NCBI GenBank assembly: GCA_918290775.1
Contig: CAKJZF010000012.1
Span: 11,226 to 75,225, forward strand
DNA length: 64,000 nt
From: Clostridiales bacterium
GTDB taxonomy: Bacteria; Bacillota; Clostridia; Oscillospirales; CAG-272
Direction of reading: 5' to 3'
In this document: in pieces, positions 48,719 to 57,419 of the stretch
How the letters are laid out: every line of letters starts with the position of its first letter
Numbering within the stretch: position 1 is the stretch's first letter
Notes under the pieces: model-generated
What the model was told of the DNA's origin: nothing
The model's input: only the letters and a program-made list of their open reading frames with translations
The model's database searches: none
Program-made: the position numbers and the translations under genes

Positions 48719-50035
48719 TCAGAATATCAGACGGATTTCCCCGTCACGTTCGCTTCGGAGACCTGTTTCGTAAAATTGCTTCATTGCACCGACGAGATAA
48801 CCGATGTCGGCACATCCCGCGGTCTCAAATGCCGAATGCATGGAGAGCTGTGCCATGCCGATGTCAACGGTCATGAGCGGAACCTTGGTGTTTGAGATGC
48901 TTCCCAGCGTGGAACCTCCGCGCATATCGCTTCGATTCGCAAAATGCTGAACGGGAATGTTTGCCCGCCCGCAGATCTCCTCAAAAATCGCTTCCGACAC
49001 GCCGTCGGTCGTGTAGCGCTGTGCGGCGTTGGATTTGATCACGACGCCGCCGTTCAGATGCGGACTGTTTAAGGGGTCGCAAAGCTCGGGATGGTTTGGG
49101 TGCCGCGCGTGCCCGTTATCGGCGGAGACCATGAAGCCTGAAGCAAACAGTTGCCTTGCGTCGATTCCGAGTTGTTCGCAGATCCGATCTGTCACATCCC
49201 GCAGAAACGCGGAACCGGCTCCCTGTTTGGTGTCGCTTCCGGTCTCTTCGTTGTCGGCGCTGAAATAGAGATCCAACGAATCGCTTCGCGGAGCGGATTT
49301 CAAAAAGCCCTGCAAGGTTCCGTAGGCGCACATCAAATTGTCGATGCGGGGAGATGAGAAAAATTCATCCTGCGCACCCCAAATACATCCGTTCATCCGG
49401 TTGTAAACAAACAGATCGCCTCCGGCAATCTCCTCCGGCTGACATCCGACCGATTCCGCAAGCAGTTGCTTCAACGCGCCCTTCGCCCCGGATCCGCCGA
49501 AAAGCGGCATGAGATCCACCGCGGGGTTGAAGGTATATCCGCTGTTTGCCTCGCGGTTCATGTGAATCGCAACGCTCGGAATCAGAACCAAATCACGGTC
49601 GATTTTTATCGTTTTGACCCAGAAAATACCGTCTTTTTTGAGGATAACGCGCCCGCCGACTGAAAGCGGACGGTCGAGCCATGTGGAGAGAATCGTTCCT
49701 CCGTAAACCTCGGTATCAAGCTTGAGATACCGATCGAAGGCGACCGATTCATAATTGCTTTTCAATTTGAACATGGGAGAATCGGTGTGGCTTGCCGAGA
49801 TCAGAATCTGACGGGCTTTTTTCTGCGGAATCCGAAAAGCGATAACCGAGGAAAGATTTCTCGTCAGATAGTAGCATCCGCCCGGTTTGAGCGTCCAATT
49901 CCCAGCTTCTTCCAACCGTTCAAATTCGTTTTTTTCCAAAATGCCGCCGATGTTTTCGACGGCGTGAAACGCCGTCGGACTTTTTCTGATGAAATCAATC
50001 AGTTTTTCGGTTTGTTTTTTTGATTCCGATGTCAT
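48719..50035 (-). CDS. M18 family aminopeptidase
   Basis: 438 aa. FIRKSPTAFHAV N-terminus, DNEETGS and HSAFE metal-site regions. Confidence 0.85.
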   Translation of the reverse strand: MTSESKKQTEKLIDFIRKSPTAFHAVENIGGILEKNEFERLEEAGNWTLKPGGCYYLTRNLSSVIAFRIPQKKARQILISASHTDSPMFKLKSNYESVAFDRYLKLDTEVYGGTILSTWLDRPLSVGGRVILKKDGIFWVKTIKIDRDLVLIPSVAIHMNREANSGYTFNPAVDLMPLFGGSGAKGALKQLLAESVGCQPEEIAGGDLFVYNRMNGCIWGAQDEFFSSPRIDNLMCAYGTLQGFLKSAPRSDSLDLYFSADNEETGSDTKQGAGSAFLRDVTDRICEQLGIDARQLFASGFMVSADNGHARHPNHPELCDPLNSPHLNGGVVIKSNAAQRYTTDGVSEAIFEEICGRANIPVQHFANRSDMRGGSTLGSISNTKVPLMTVDIGMAQLSMHSAFETAGCADIGYLVGAMKQFYETGLRSERDGEIRLIF

Positions 50036-50211
50036 CGTCCGATTTCCTTTCCGTTCAAGTCCTTAAAATAATTATAACACAAATGCTTCCAAAACACAAT
50101 CTTTTTTTTGATTTTTTTCGCGAAAAAATGCGCTCTCCAAACGGTTCTTCCAAAATGGGGGGATGTTTCAGAATTTGCGGTGGTAATTTTCTGTTTTTTT
50201 AGGTATTCCTC

Positions 50212-50240
50212 TTGCAATTTGGTGCCGTTTCCTTTATAAT
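50212..50240 (+). promoter_or_regulatory. sigma-A promoter of rhaA (TTGCAA-17-TATAAT)
   Basis: TTGCAA 50212-50217, TATAAT 50235-50240, 17-bp spacer. Confidence 0.6.
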
Positions 50241-50284
50241 AGATATAGAATCCCCTCTTCAGAGAGGAAAAACAGGAGGACGAT

Positions 50285-51538
50285 ATGAATCAGAAACAAC
50301 GCTATGAAGCGGCAAAGGAGCGTTACGCCGCGCTCGGAATCGACACAGAAGCAGCCATCCAAAAGCTCTCCGCGGTTTCGATCTCCATGCACTGCTGGCA
50401 AGGCGACGATGTTCACGGTTTTGAGAACAGCGGATCCCTGACAGGCGGTATTCAGACCACCGGTAATTATCCCGGCGTTGCCCGCAATCCCGAGGAGCTT
50501 CTGCGGGATCTCGACGAGGCATTCTCTCTCATTCCCGGCAAGCATCGCGTCAATGTTCATGCCTGCTACGGAGTTTATGAAAACGGAAAAGCCGTTGAGC
50601 GCGATCAGATCAAGCCGGAGCATTTCCGCCGCTGGGTTGACTATGCCAAGCAGCGCGGCTTGGGTTTGGATTTTAACCCTACCTTTTTCTCCCATCCCCT
50701 CTCCGAAAACGGAACGCTGACCAACCCGGATGAGCAGATCCGCGCTTTTTGGATCCGCCATGGGATTGCCTGCATTCGCATTTCCGAGTATTTTGCAGAG
50801 CAAACGGGAACGCCCTGCCTGATGAACATTTGGATCCCGGACGGATTTAAGGATATTCCCGCCGACCGTCTCGGTCCCCGTCAGCGTTACATGGATTCGC
50901 TGGATCAGATCCTCGGATGCGGCTATGACAAGAACAAGGTGCTTGTGACGCTGGAATCCAAGGTGTTTGGAATCGGTGTGGAGTCCTATACGGCAGGTTC
51001 CGGCGAGTTTGCGCTTTGCTATGCTATGACGCGTGGCATCGTTCCACTGATGGATAACGGTCATTATCACCCGACTGAAGTGGTTTCGGACAAGATTCCC
51101 GCGCTTCTCTGCTTTGCGCCGAAGATTGCTCTGCACGTGACGCGCGGCGTTCGTTGGGATTCCGACCACGTTGTGCGCTATGACGATGAGACGCAGGAGA
51201 TGATGAAAGAGATTGTCCGTTGCGATGCGCTCGACCGCGTGATTCTCGCAACCGACTATTTCGACGCTTCCATCAACCGCATCGCCGCATGGGTCATCGG
51301 AATGCGTTCGGTTCAGAAGGCGCTTCTCTCCGCGCTGCTTCTGCCGAGCAAAGATCTGAAAGCGCTGCAGGACAGCGCACGGTACACCGAGTTGATGGCA
51401 CGTCAGGAAGAATTCAAACTGATGCCGATGGGCGATGTTTGGGAGGAATTCTGCCGCCGCAACGGCGTTGACGGGACGATTGGCTGGTTTGAATCGGTCA
51501 AACAATACGAAAAAGAGGTTCTTTCCGGCAGAGCATAA
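50285..51538 (+). CDS. rhaA: L-rhamnose isomerase
   Basis: 417 aa. YAALGIDTEAAIQKL..SISMHCWQGDDV N-terminus and overall length match RhaA. Confidence 0.9.
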   Translation: MNQKQRYEAAKERYAALGIDTEAAIQKLSAVSISMHCWQGDDVHGFENSGSLTGGIQTTGNYPGVARNPEELLRDLDEAFSLIPGKHRVNVHACYGVYENGKAVERDQIKPEHFRRWVDYAKQRGLGLDFNPTFFSHPLSENGTLTNPDEQIRAFWIRHGIACIRISEYFAEQTGTPCLMNIWIPDGFKDIPADRLGPRQRYMDSLDQILGCGYDKNKVLVTLESKVFGIGVESYTAGSGEFALCYAMTRGIVPLMDNGHYHPTEVVSDKIPALLCFAPKIALHVTRGVRWDSDHVVRYDDETQEMMKEIVRCDALDRVILATDYFDASINRIAAWVIGMRSVQKALLSALLLPSKDLKALQDSARYTELMARQEEFKLMPMGDVWEEFCRRNGVDGTIGWFESVKQYEKEVLSGRA

Positions 51539-51551
51539 AATGCTAAACAGA

Positions 51552-51605
51552 CCAAAAGCGTCCGCCACACAGTTTGTGCGGCGGACGCTTTTGGGTTTTG
51601 CTTTT
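51552..51605. terminator. intrinsic terminator after rhaA (shared with convergent topB)
   Basis: CCAAAAGCGTCCGCCACAC / GTGCGGCGGACGCTTTTGG 19-bp stem with one mismatch, followed by GTTTTGCTTTTT. Confidence 0.85.
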
Positions 51606-51609
51606 TACG

Positions 51610-51619
51610 AAAAGTACCG
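51610..51619 (-). repeat. copy 8 of 10-mer CGGTACTTTT (minus strand 25-mer AAAACACGGTACTTTTCGTAAAAAG, 51601-51625)
   Basis: Read directly. Starts 9 nt after the topB stop, in the topB sense orientation. Confidence 0.85.
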
Positions 51620-51633
51620 TGTTTTTCTCTCTT

Positions 51634-53838
51634 TTAATATCCTTCCGGAGGTTCCGGCAACGGGGGTTCCTCTCCTTCCGGAATGACGGTTGCCCGAGAC
51701 ACAGAAGTTTCGCGGGGCGGAAAATCAAAGACAGCTTTTCCGTTTTCCAGTTTGAAAGCCGCGCGAAACGGTTTCCCGGATTTTGCGGAAACAAATCCAT
51801 CCATGAAATCGGTTTTTCCTTCTCCAATCAGCTTTTTGACTTGGGAAACCGGGATTGCCCTGCCGCAGATCACAGTGTTGATCGAGAACCGACACCCCGT
51901 TTCCTGATACCCGGTACATCCGTAGAAGTTGCGAAACCGTTTGATTTCATGTCCGCAAACCGGGCATTTTCCGATCACATCGCCGAAGAAGCCGGTGTCA
52001 TGATCTTCCTTCTTTTGCATCTCGTCGGACTGATTGGAAAAAACTGCCGCAATCTCTGCTTCCGCAAGCTTTACGCTGTCCCGGACGCTCAAAGTTCCGT
52101 GATAGACCTTTTTGAGCGCCTGTCCCAACTCGGAAGTTTTGTATTTATCCATATTGATTCGCATCTGAACCAAGGATTCGATCAAAAATTCCCCGCCCGG
52201 AAGGATGCTGTAAACATCCTTTTTCAGGTCAATATAACCGCTCTTTCGGGCATTATCAATGATGCCGGTTCGGGTTGCTTCGGTTCCAAGTTCCAGTCCC
52301 TCAAAAATGGCGCGATAATCGGCGGCGTCATCCTCTCCCATATTTCCGTCGCCCTCTTTGGCGGCGTTTTTCTCTTCTTTGAATGGGTTTTTGAGATAGT
52401 TATTGAGCGTTTCAATGGTGTAATGACGCGGCGGGGTGGTCTCTTTTTGAACCGGTTCAAAACGGATGTTGACCGCGTCTCCCTTTTTCAGCGCCGGGAG
52501 AATCTTATCCTTCTGCGTGAAGTCGTCATATTTTGTCCAGCCTTTTTCCAAAACGGTCATGCCTTTGAGCGTGAACGTTTCGAGATTGCCCACGTCTATG
52601 GTGATCTCCGTGCGCGATACAACGCAATCTTCGGCGCAGAACACGGCGACAAACCGTCGGAAAACGGTTGAATAAACCTGCATTTCCTTTTCGGTGAGTT
52701 GATTTTTTTGCGGAATCTTATAGGTTGGCGTCAGCGCGGAATGCGATTCGATCTTGCTGTCGTCAAAGATATACTTGCTGTCCTTGAAGCGAACCGGATA
52801 ACCGATTTTCTGACATCCCGCGAGAATCTGCCGGATTTTGTCCTTTTCGGCGGTTGCGAGATACTCGGAGTTGGTTCTCGGATAGGTCAGATACCCTTTT
52901 TCGTAGAGACCCTGAACGATAGCAAGGCTCTCCTGCATAGACATTTTGTATTTTTTTCCGAGCACGTTCTGCAGTTTGGAGAGCGAATAGAGTTTTCCTG
53001 CAAAGAGCGTTTCCTGCTTGTTTTTAACGGCGGTAACAACCGCGCCCACGGCGTTATAACGTACGCAAAGTGCATCCGCGTCGGCTTTTTGCTGTTTATC
53101 AAATTTGTTTTTGGAGATCAGTTCTACCACTTCTCCGTTGGTTTTTTCTCGGCTGACCACTGCAAAATAGACATCCGGCACAAACTTACGGATGGAAAAA
53201 TCACGGTCGTAAATTGCCTTGACAATCGGGATAATGACCCGACCAACGCGCAAAAGCGTTCCGGTTTTGAGGGTTGCATAGCGGGTCAGATTGACACCGT
53301 AAAGCCAATCAATATAGGTTCTTGCAAAGCCTTCGGCGGCAAGAAGATCGTATTCATTTTCATCCTTCATATCGCGCAGTGCGGCGGCAACGGTTTGCGG
53401 TGTTTGATCGGGCAACCAAAGTCTTTTTTGCGGCTTGGGTTCCTTCAGCGCGTTCTGAATGCAGAGACGAACAATGATTTCCCCTTCGCGGTCGGCGTCA
53501 CCCGCGTTGACGATGGTTTCCACGTCCGGGCGGTTGCAAAGCGAACGAATGATGTTGAACTGCTTGATGACGCCGCTATCCGGTTTCTTATCGATGCCGC
53601 GGCGCAATTCAAACCGAAATTCCTGCGGAAAACAGGGGAGATTTTGCATGGTCCAGCGCGTGGATCCGTCCGGCTGTGGGTTGTAGGTTTCGATGTCACA
53701 GAGCGAAAACAGATGCCCGAACGCCCATGTGACGAGGTACCCTTGTCCCTCAAGGTATCCGTCGCGCCGCTGCAACTGCCCGATTCCGGCGGCAATGTTG
53801 CGTGCAAGGCTTGGCTTTTCTGCGATAATCAAAATCAT
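51634..53838 (-). CDS. topB: DNA topoisomerase III
   Basis: 734 aa. TOPRIM start MILIIAEKPS, type IA core, C-terminal zinc-ribbon CPVCGHEI...GCTGYQETGC. Confidence 0.92.
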   Translation of the reverse strand: MILIIAEKPSLARNIAAGIGQLQRRDGYLEGQGYLVTWAFGHLFSLCDIETYNPQPDGSTRWTMQNLPCFPQEFRFELRRGIDKKPDSGVIKQFNIIRSLCNRPDVETIVNAGDADREGEIIVRLCIQNALKEPKPQKRLWLPDQTPQTVAAALRDMKDENEYDLLAAEGFARTYIDWLYGVNLTRYATLKTGTLLRVGRVIIPIVKAIYDRDFSIRKFVPDVYFAVVSREKTNGEVVELISKNKFDKQQKADADALCVRYNAVGAVVTAVKNKQETLFAGKLYSLSKLQNVLGKKYKMSMQESLAIVQGLYEKGYLTYPRTNSEYLATAEKDKIRQILAGCQKIGYPVRFKDSKYIFDDSKIESHSALTPTYKIPQKNQLTEKEMQVYSTVFRRFVAVFCAEDCVVSRTEITIDVGNLETFTLKGMTVLEKGWTKYDDFTQKDKILPALKKGDAVNIRFEPVQKETTPPRHYTIETLNNYLKNPFKEEKNAAKEGDGNMGEDDAADYRAIFEGLELGTEATRTGIIDNARKSGYIDLKKDVYSILPGGEFLIESLVQMRINMDKYKTSELGQALKKVYHGTLSVRDSVKLAEAEIAAVFSNQSDEMQKKEDHDTGFFGDVIGKCPVCGHEIKRFRNFYGCTGYQETGCRFSINTVICGRAIPVSQVKKLIGEGKTDFMDGFVSAKSGKPFRAAFKLENGKAVFDFPPRETSVSRATVIPEGEEPPLPEPPEGY

Positions 53839-53880
53839 GACAATTCCCCCCTTTCCTGTTTATTTTGCGGTATTTTCCGT

Positions 53881-53930
53881 AAAAAAAACCGCAGTTCTGC
53901 TCGATTGTTTTCGCAGAACTGCGGTTTTTT
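53881..53930. terminator. bidirectional intrinsic terminator
   Basis: CCGCAGTTCTGC / GCAGAACTGCGG 12-bp stem flanked by A8 and T6 tracts. Confidence 0.85.
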
Positions 53931-53945
53931 ACCGATTCTTCCAAA

Positions 53946-54353
53946 TCAGAGAAGCGCTTTTACAGAAGCGGGAATTTCTTCCTCGGGCATGGATACCGAC
54001 ATAGTCAGATTGATGCCCGCCTTGCTCGCAAGCGTTGCAAGCTCCTGCGTAAGCTTCTCAAAGACGGCTACATCTCCATTGCAGATTTTAAGCGTTCCGT
54101 CGATGAACAGATCGGTCACATCATGGTTGCTGGCAACGATGCCTGCAACAAACCCATAGAGCGACTGCCCGTCAGCGATCATATATTCATCCGCGTCAAT
54201 CAACCGTGCGGACGGTTTGATGTCATATCTCAGCTTGGTTCCCTTTTCGATGCAGACAACGTCACCTTTTGTGACCTCAAGAGCACCGTTGACGAGATTG
54301 ATAAGCGTTTTTGTTTTTCCCGTACCCTTAACGCCGACGATCAATTTTAACAT
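53946..54353 (-). CDS. small P-loop NTPase-like hypothetical protein
   Basis: 135 aa from ATG 54353 (GGAGGT RBS). Walker A-like GVKGTGKTK at residues 7-15. No other motif recognised. Confidence 0.6.
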   Translation of the reverse strand: MLKLIVGVKGTGKTKTLINLVNGALEVTKGDVVCIEKGTKLRYDIKPSARLIDADEYMIADGQSLYGFVAGIVASNHDVTDLFIDGTLKICNGDVAVFEKLTQELATLASKAGINLTMSVSMPEEEIPASVKALL

Positions 54354-54405
54354 TTGCGTTACCTCCAACAAGTCAGTGGGATCGGAGGATCCCTTCTGTA
54401 CTTTC

Positions 54406-54434
54406 ATTATACCAAATCCTGCTTGAAAAGTCAA
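54406..54434 (-). promoter_or_regulatory. sigma-A promoter (TTGACT-17-TATAAT) of the P-loop gene
   Basis: On the minus strand, TTGACT (54429-54434) and TATAAT (54406-54411) with a 17-bp spacer. Confidence 0.65.
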
Positions 54435-54461
54435 CCCTTTTTACGGGATTTCACGCTTTTT

Positions 54462-55805
54462 TCATGAAAAATTCAATCGTTTTGTCAATTCTTCGCGCAT
54501 CGACTCATATCCGGGCTTGCCGAGAAGCGCAAACATATTCTTTTTGTAGGATTCCACGCCCGGCTGGTCAAAGGGATTAACCGACAGGATATAGCCCGAG
54601 ATTGCGCAAGCAAGCTCAAAGAAATAAATCAACTCGCCCAGCGCAAACTCGCTTCTCTCGCTCACTTCCAGCACAACGTTCGGTACTCCGCCGTCAACGT
54701 GCGCGAGGATCGTGCCGAGCATCGCCGTCCTTTTCACATCGTCAAGCTGCATTCCCGAGAGGAAATTCAGCCCGTCGATGTTATCCGGGTCATTGGGGAT
54801 GGCAAAGGACTGTTTGGTGTCCGCAATGTCAACCACCGTTTCAAACAGGATGCGGTTGCCGTCCTGAACAAACTGTCCGAGCGAATGCAGATCGGTTGAG
54901 AAGATAACCGACGCGGGATAAATTCCCTTTCCGTCCTTCCCCTCGCTCTCGCCGTAGAGTTGCTTCCACCATTCATTGAACATTGCCGAGAACGGTTCAT
55001 AACTCGCGAGAATTTCCACGGTTTTGCCCTTGCGGTAGAGCAGGTTGCGGATCGCGGCGTAACGGTAGCAGTCGTTCTTTTCGAGATCTGCGGATGTATA
55101 CGCATGGCTTGCCGCGGCGGCGCCTTCCATCAGCTTGCAAATGTCGATTCCGGCGGCGGCGATCGGAAGAAGCCCGACCGCGGAGAGAACCGAGAAACGC
55201 CCGCCAACGTCATCGGGGACAACAAAGGTTTCGTACCCCGCATCGGTCGAGAACTGTTTTAAAGTCCCGCGGGCACGGTCGGTGGTCACGAAAATGCGTT
55301 CTCTTGCGCCCTCTTTGCCGTATTTCTTCTCCAAAAGATTGCGGAACACGCGGAAAGCAACTGCGGGTTCTGTTGTGGTTCCTGATTTGGAAATGACGTT
55401 GACGCAGACATCCTTCCCATCGCAGAGCGAGATGACCTCATTCAGCGCGTCGGCGCTGATGCAGTTTCCTGTGAAATAGATGTTCGGCGTATCTTTGGCA
55501 AGCAGGTTATAATTCGGCGAACGAAGATATTCGATCACCGCACGCGCTCCGAGATAGGAGCCACCGATGCCGATGACTACCAAAACATCGCAGGTTTTGC
55601 GAATTTTTTCCGCGCAGGCTTGGATGCGTGTAAATTCCTCCTTGTCGTAGTCATCCGGGAGATTGACCCAGCCGAGAAAATCCTTTCCGGCGCCGGTTTT
55701 TTTGCGGAGCATTTCATCCGCCATGCGGATTTCGGGCGCGATGCGTTCATATTCATGCGGGCGAATGAAGGAATCGAGATAATGGGTGTTGAGTTTGATC
55801 GACAT
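54462..55805 (-). CDS. pgi: glucose-6-phosphate isomerase
   Basis: 447 aa from ATG 55805. [14 protein letters not shown] and SKSGTTTEP motifs of the Firmicute-type PGI. Confidence 0.93.
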   Translation of the reverse strand: MSIKLNTHYLDSFIRPHEYERIAPEIRMADEMLRKKTGAGKDFLGWVNLPDDYDKEEFTRIQACAEKIRKTCDVLVVIGIGGSYLGARAVIEYLRSPNYNLLAKDTPNIYFTGNCISADALNEVISLCDGKDVCVNVISKSGTTTEPAVAFRVFRNLLEKKYGKEGARERIFVTTDRARGTLKQFSTDAGYETFVVPDDVGGRFSVLSAVGLLPIAAAGIDICKLMEGAAAASHAYTSADLEKNDCYRYAAIRNLLYRKGKTVEILASYEPFSAMFNEWWKQLYGESEGKDGKGIYPASVIFSTDLHSLGQFVQDGNRILFETVVDIADTKQSFAIPNDPDNIDGLNFLSGMQLDDVKRTAMLGTILAHVDGGVPNVVLEVSERSEFALGELIYFFELACAISGYILSVNPFDQPGVESYKKNMFALLGKPGYESMREELTKRLNFS

Positions 55806-55923
55806 TTTGGGATTGAAACCGTCCTTTTTTGATTTTACAGCTTTCATTATACACCCATAAACGCTAAAATGCAACTCATTTCGAAAAGTTTTTTCAGAAA
55901 AAATATGATTATAACAATCTTTT

Positions 55924-57138
55924 TCAGACCAGCAAGAAGGAAGCCGCCATTCTTCTTAAAATTTCGAAGAAATCAATCTTCGGAATCTCAACGGTTGCCG
56001 TGATGGGCACGCGTCCCAGCTCCTCTTCTCCAACACGATAGATCACAACGCCGACCTCGCTTCCCTGCGCGATCGGCGCGGCAAGGCTTTCCGGATAGCT
56101 TTCCTCTTTTGTAACTCCGTTCAGCTTTTCTCTCGGAAGAACGCAGGAAAATGCCTTATATCCGAGCGGGCAGCTGTTCTCTTTGCCGCCCGTAACCTTC
56201 AAGGGACCGCACTCACCCGCGGGCGCCGTATATAGTCCGAAATTGGCGAATCCCCAATCCAGTAAGGACGCCGCCGCCGCGTTTCGGATGTCTCTGGATT
56301 CGGCTCCCATAATCACGCAGATCAGTGAAAGCCCGTCGCGCTCGGCGGTCACGCTGATGCAAAAGCCAGCCTTGGATGTGGATCCGGTTTTCAATCCCGT
56401 ACATCCCGGGTAAAAGCGCACAAGGCGATTGGTGTTGGTCAGCCCGAACGCGCCGTCCCGAATGGTGTCCATCCAGATCGAGCTGTAGTTCAGAATAGTT
56501 GGATGGGAGATCAATGCGCGGGACATCAGCGCAATATCCCGTGCGCTGGTCAAGTGATGCTCCGCGGTGTCATCCAGCCCCGTAACATTTTCAAACGTTG
56601 TTCCCGTCATGCCGAGTTGTTCCGCCCGTTCGTTCATGCGAGTCACAAAAGAGGTTACGCTTCCGTACAGATATTCGGCGAGTGCAACGGCGGCGTCGTT
56701 TGCCGACGCGATGACAACGCTTTTGAGCAGATCTTCCAACCGCATCTGTTCGCCTTCCTTCAGATAAACCTGCGATCCGCCCATGGAAGCGGCGTTTGCC
56801 GACACGGTCACAAGATCGTCCAATTTGATCGTTCCCGAGTCGATCGCCTCCATGATCAGCAACAGCGTCATGACCTTTGTGACAGACGCCGGCGGGAGAG
56901 ATTCCTCGGCATTTTGGGCATAGAGAACGGTCCCCGTTGTCGCTTCCATCAGGATCGCGCTTTTGCAGTTCAGGTTCAGAGAACCGTCCGCGACTCCGAG
57001 TTGGGACGACGCGGAAAGCTCAATGGCACCGGATGTGGTCGTCATCGTCTCCTCCCCATCCTCCGCCGCTACGGACAGCGGGCATAACAACAGGATACAA
57101 GCCATTATCAAGCATAAAAAGTTCCGTTTTCGTTCCAT
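55924..57138 (-). CDS. D-alanyl-D-alanine carboxypeptidase (S11 family PBP)
   Basis: Signal peptide followed by SVTK (SxxK) and KTGST motifs. AAGGAG RBS with tandem ATGs at 57141 and 57138. Confidence 0.88.
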   Translation of the reverse strand: MERKRNFLCLIMACILLLCPLSVAAEDGEETMTTTSGAIELSASSQLGVADGSLNLNCKSAILMEATTGTVLYAQNAEESLPPASVTKVMTLLLIMEAIDSGTIKLDDLVTVSANAASMGGSQVYLKEGEQMRLEDLLKSVVIASANDAAVALAEYLYGSVTSFVTRMNERAEQLGMTGTTFENVTGLDDTAEHHLTSARDIALMSRALISHPTILNYSSIWMDTIRDGAFGLTNTNRLVRFYPGCTGLKTGSTSKAGFCISVTAERDGLSLICVIMGAESRDIRNAAAASLLDWGFANFGLYTAPAGECGPLKVTGGKENSCPLGYKAFSCVLPREKLNGVTKEESYPESLAAPIAQGSEVGVVIYRVGEEELGRVPITATVEIPKIDFFEILRRMAASFLLV

Positions 57139-57213
57139 CATAATTCTCCTTTTTTGTGGATTGGATTGCATTATGATATATGAAAACGGAACAGATATTA
57201 TAACCACAAAAGG

Positions 57214-57250
57214 AAAAAGATCCTGTTCATTTGCAACAGGATCTTTTTTT
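57214..57250. terminator. bidirectional intrinsic terminator downstream of tRNA-Val
   Basis: AAAAAGATCCTGTT / AACAGGATCTTTTT stem with a 7-nt loop, flanked by A- and T-tracts. Confidence 0.8.
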
Positions 57251-57277
57251 GACATCGGAGCATAATCCGACATCTGA

Positions 57278-57354
57278 TGGTGGAGACAATTGGAGTTGAA
57301 CCAATGACCTCATGCATGTCAAGCATGCGCTCTAACCAACTGAGCTATGCCTCC
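57278..57354 (-). tRNA. tRNA-Val (anticodon GAC)
   Basis: Minus strand reads GGAGGCA TA GCTC AGTTGGTTA GAGC G CATGC TTGACAT GCATG AGGTC ATTGG TTCAACT CCAAT TGTCTCC A CCA. This is a 77-nt cloverleaf with encoded CCA. Confidence 0.95.
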
Positions 57355-57371
57355 GTTTGCGCAACGGATAC

Positions 57372-57400
57372 ATTATAGCATACTCTTTTGGAAATTGCAA
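57372..57400 (-). promoter_or_regulatory. sigma-A promoter of tRNA-Val (TTGCAA-17-TATAAT)
   Basis: On the minus strand, TTGCAA (57395-57400) and TATAAT (57372-57377) with a 17-bp spacer, about 18 nt upstream of the tRNA. Confidence 0.65.
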
Positions 57401-57419
57401 GCCCTTTTTTCAAATTTTT

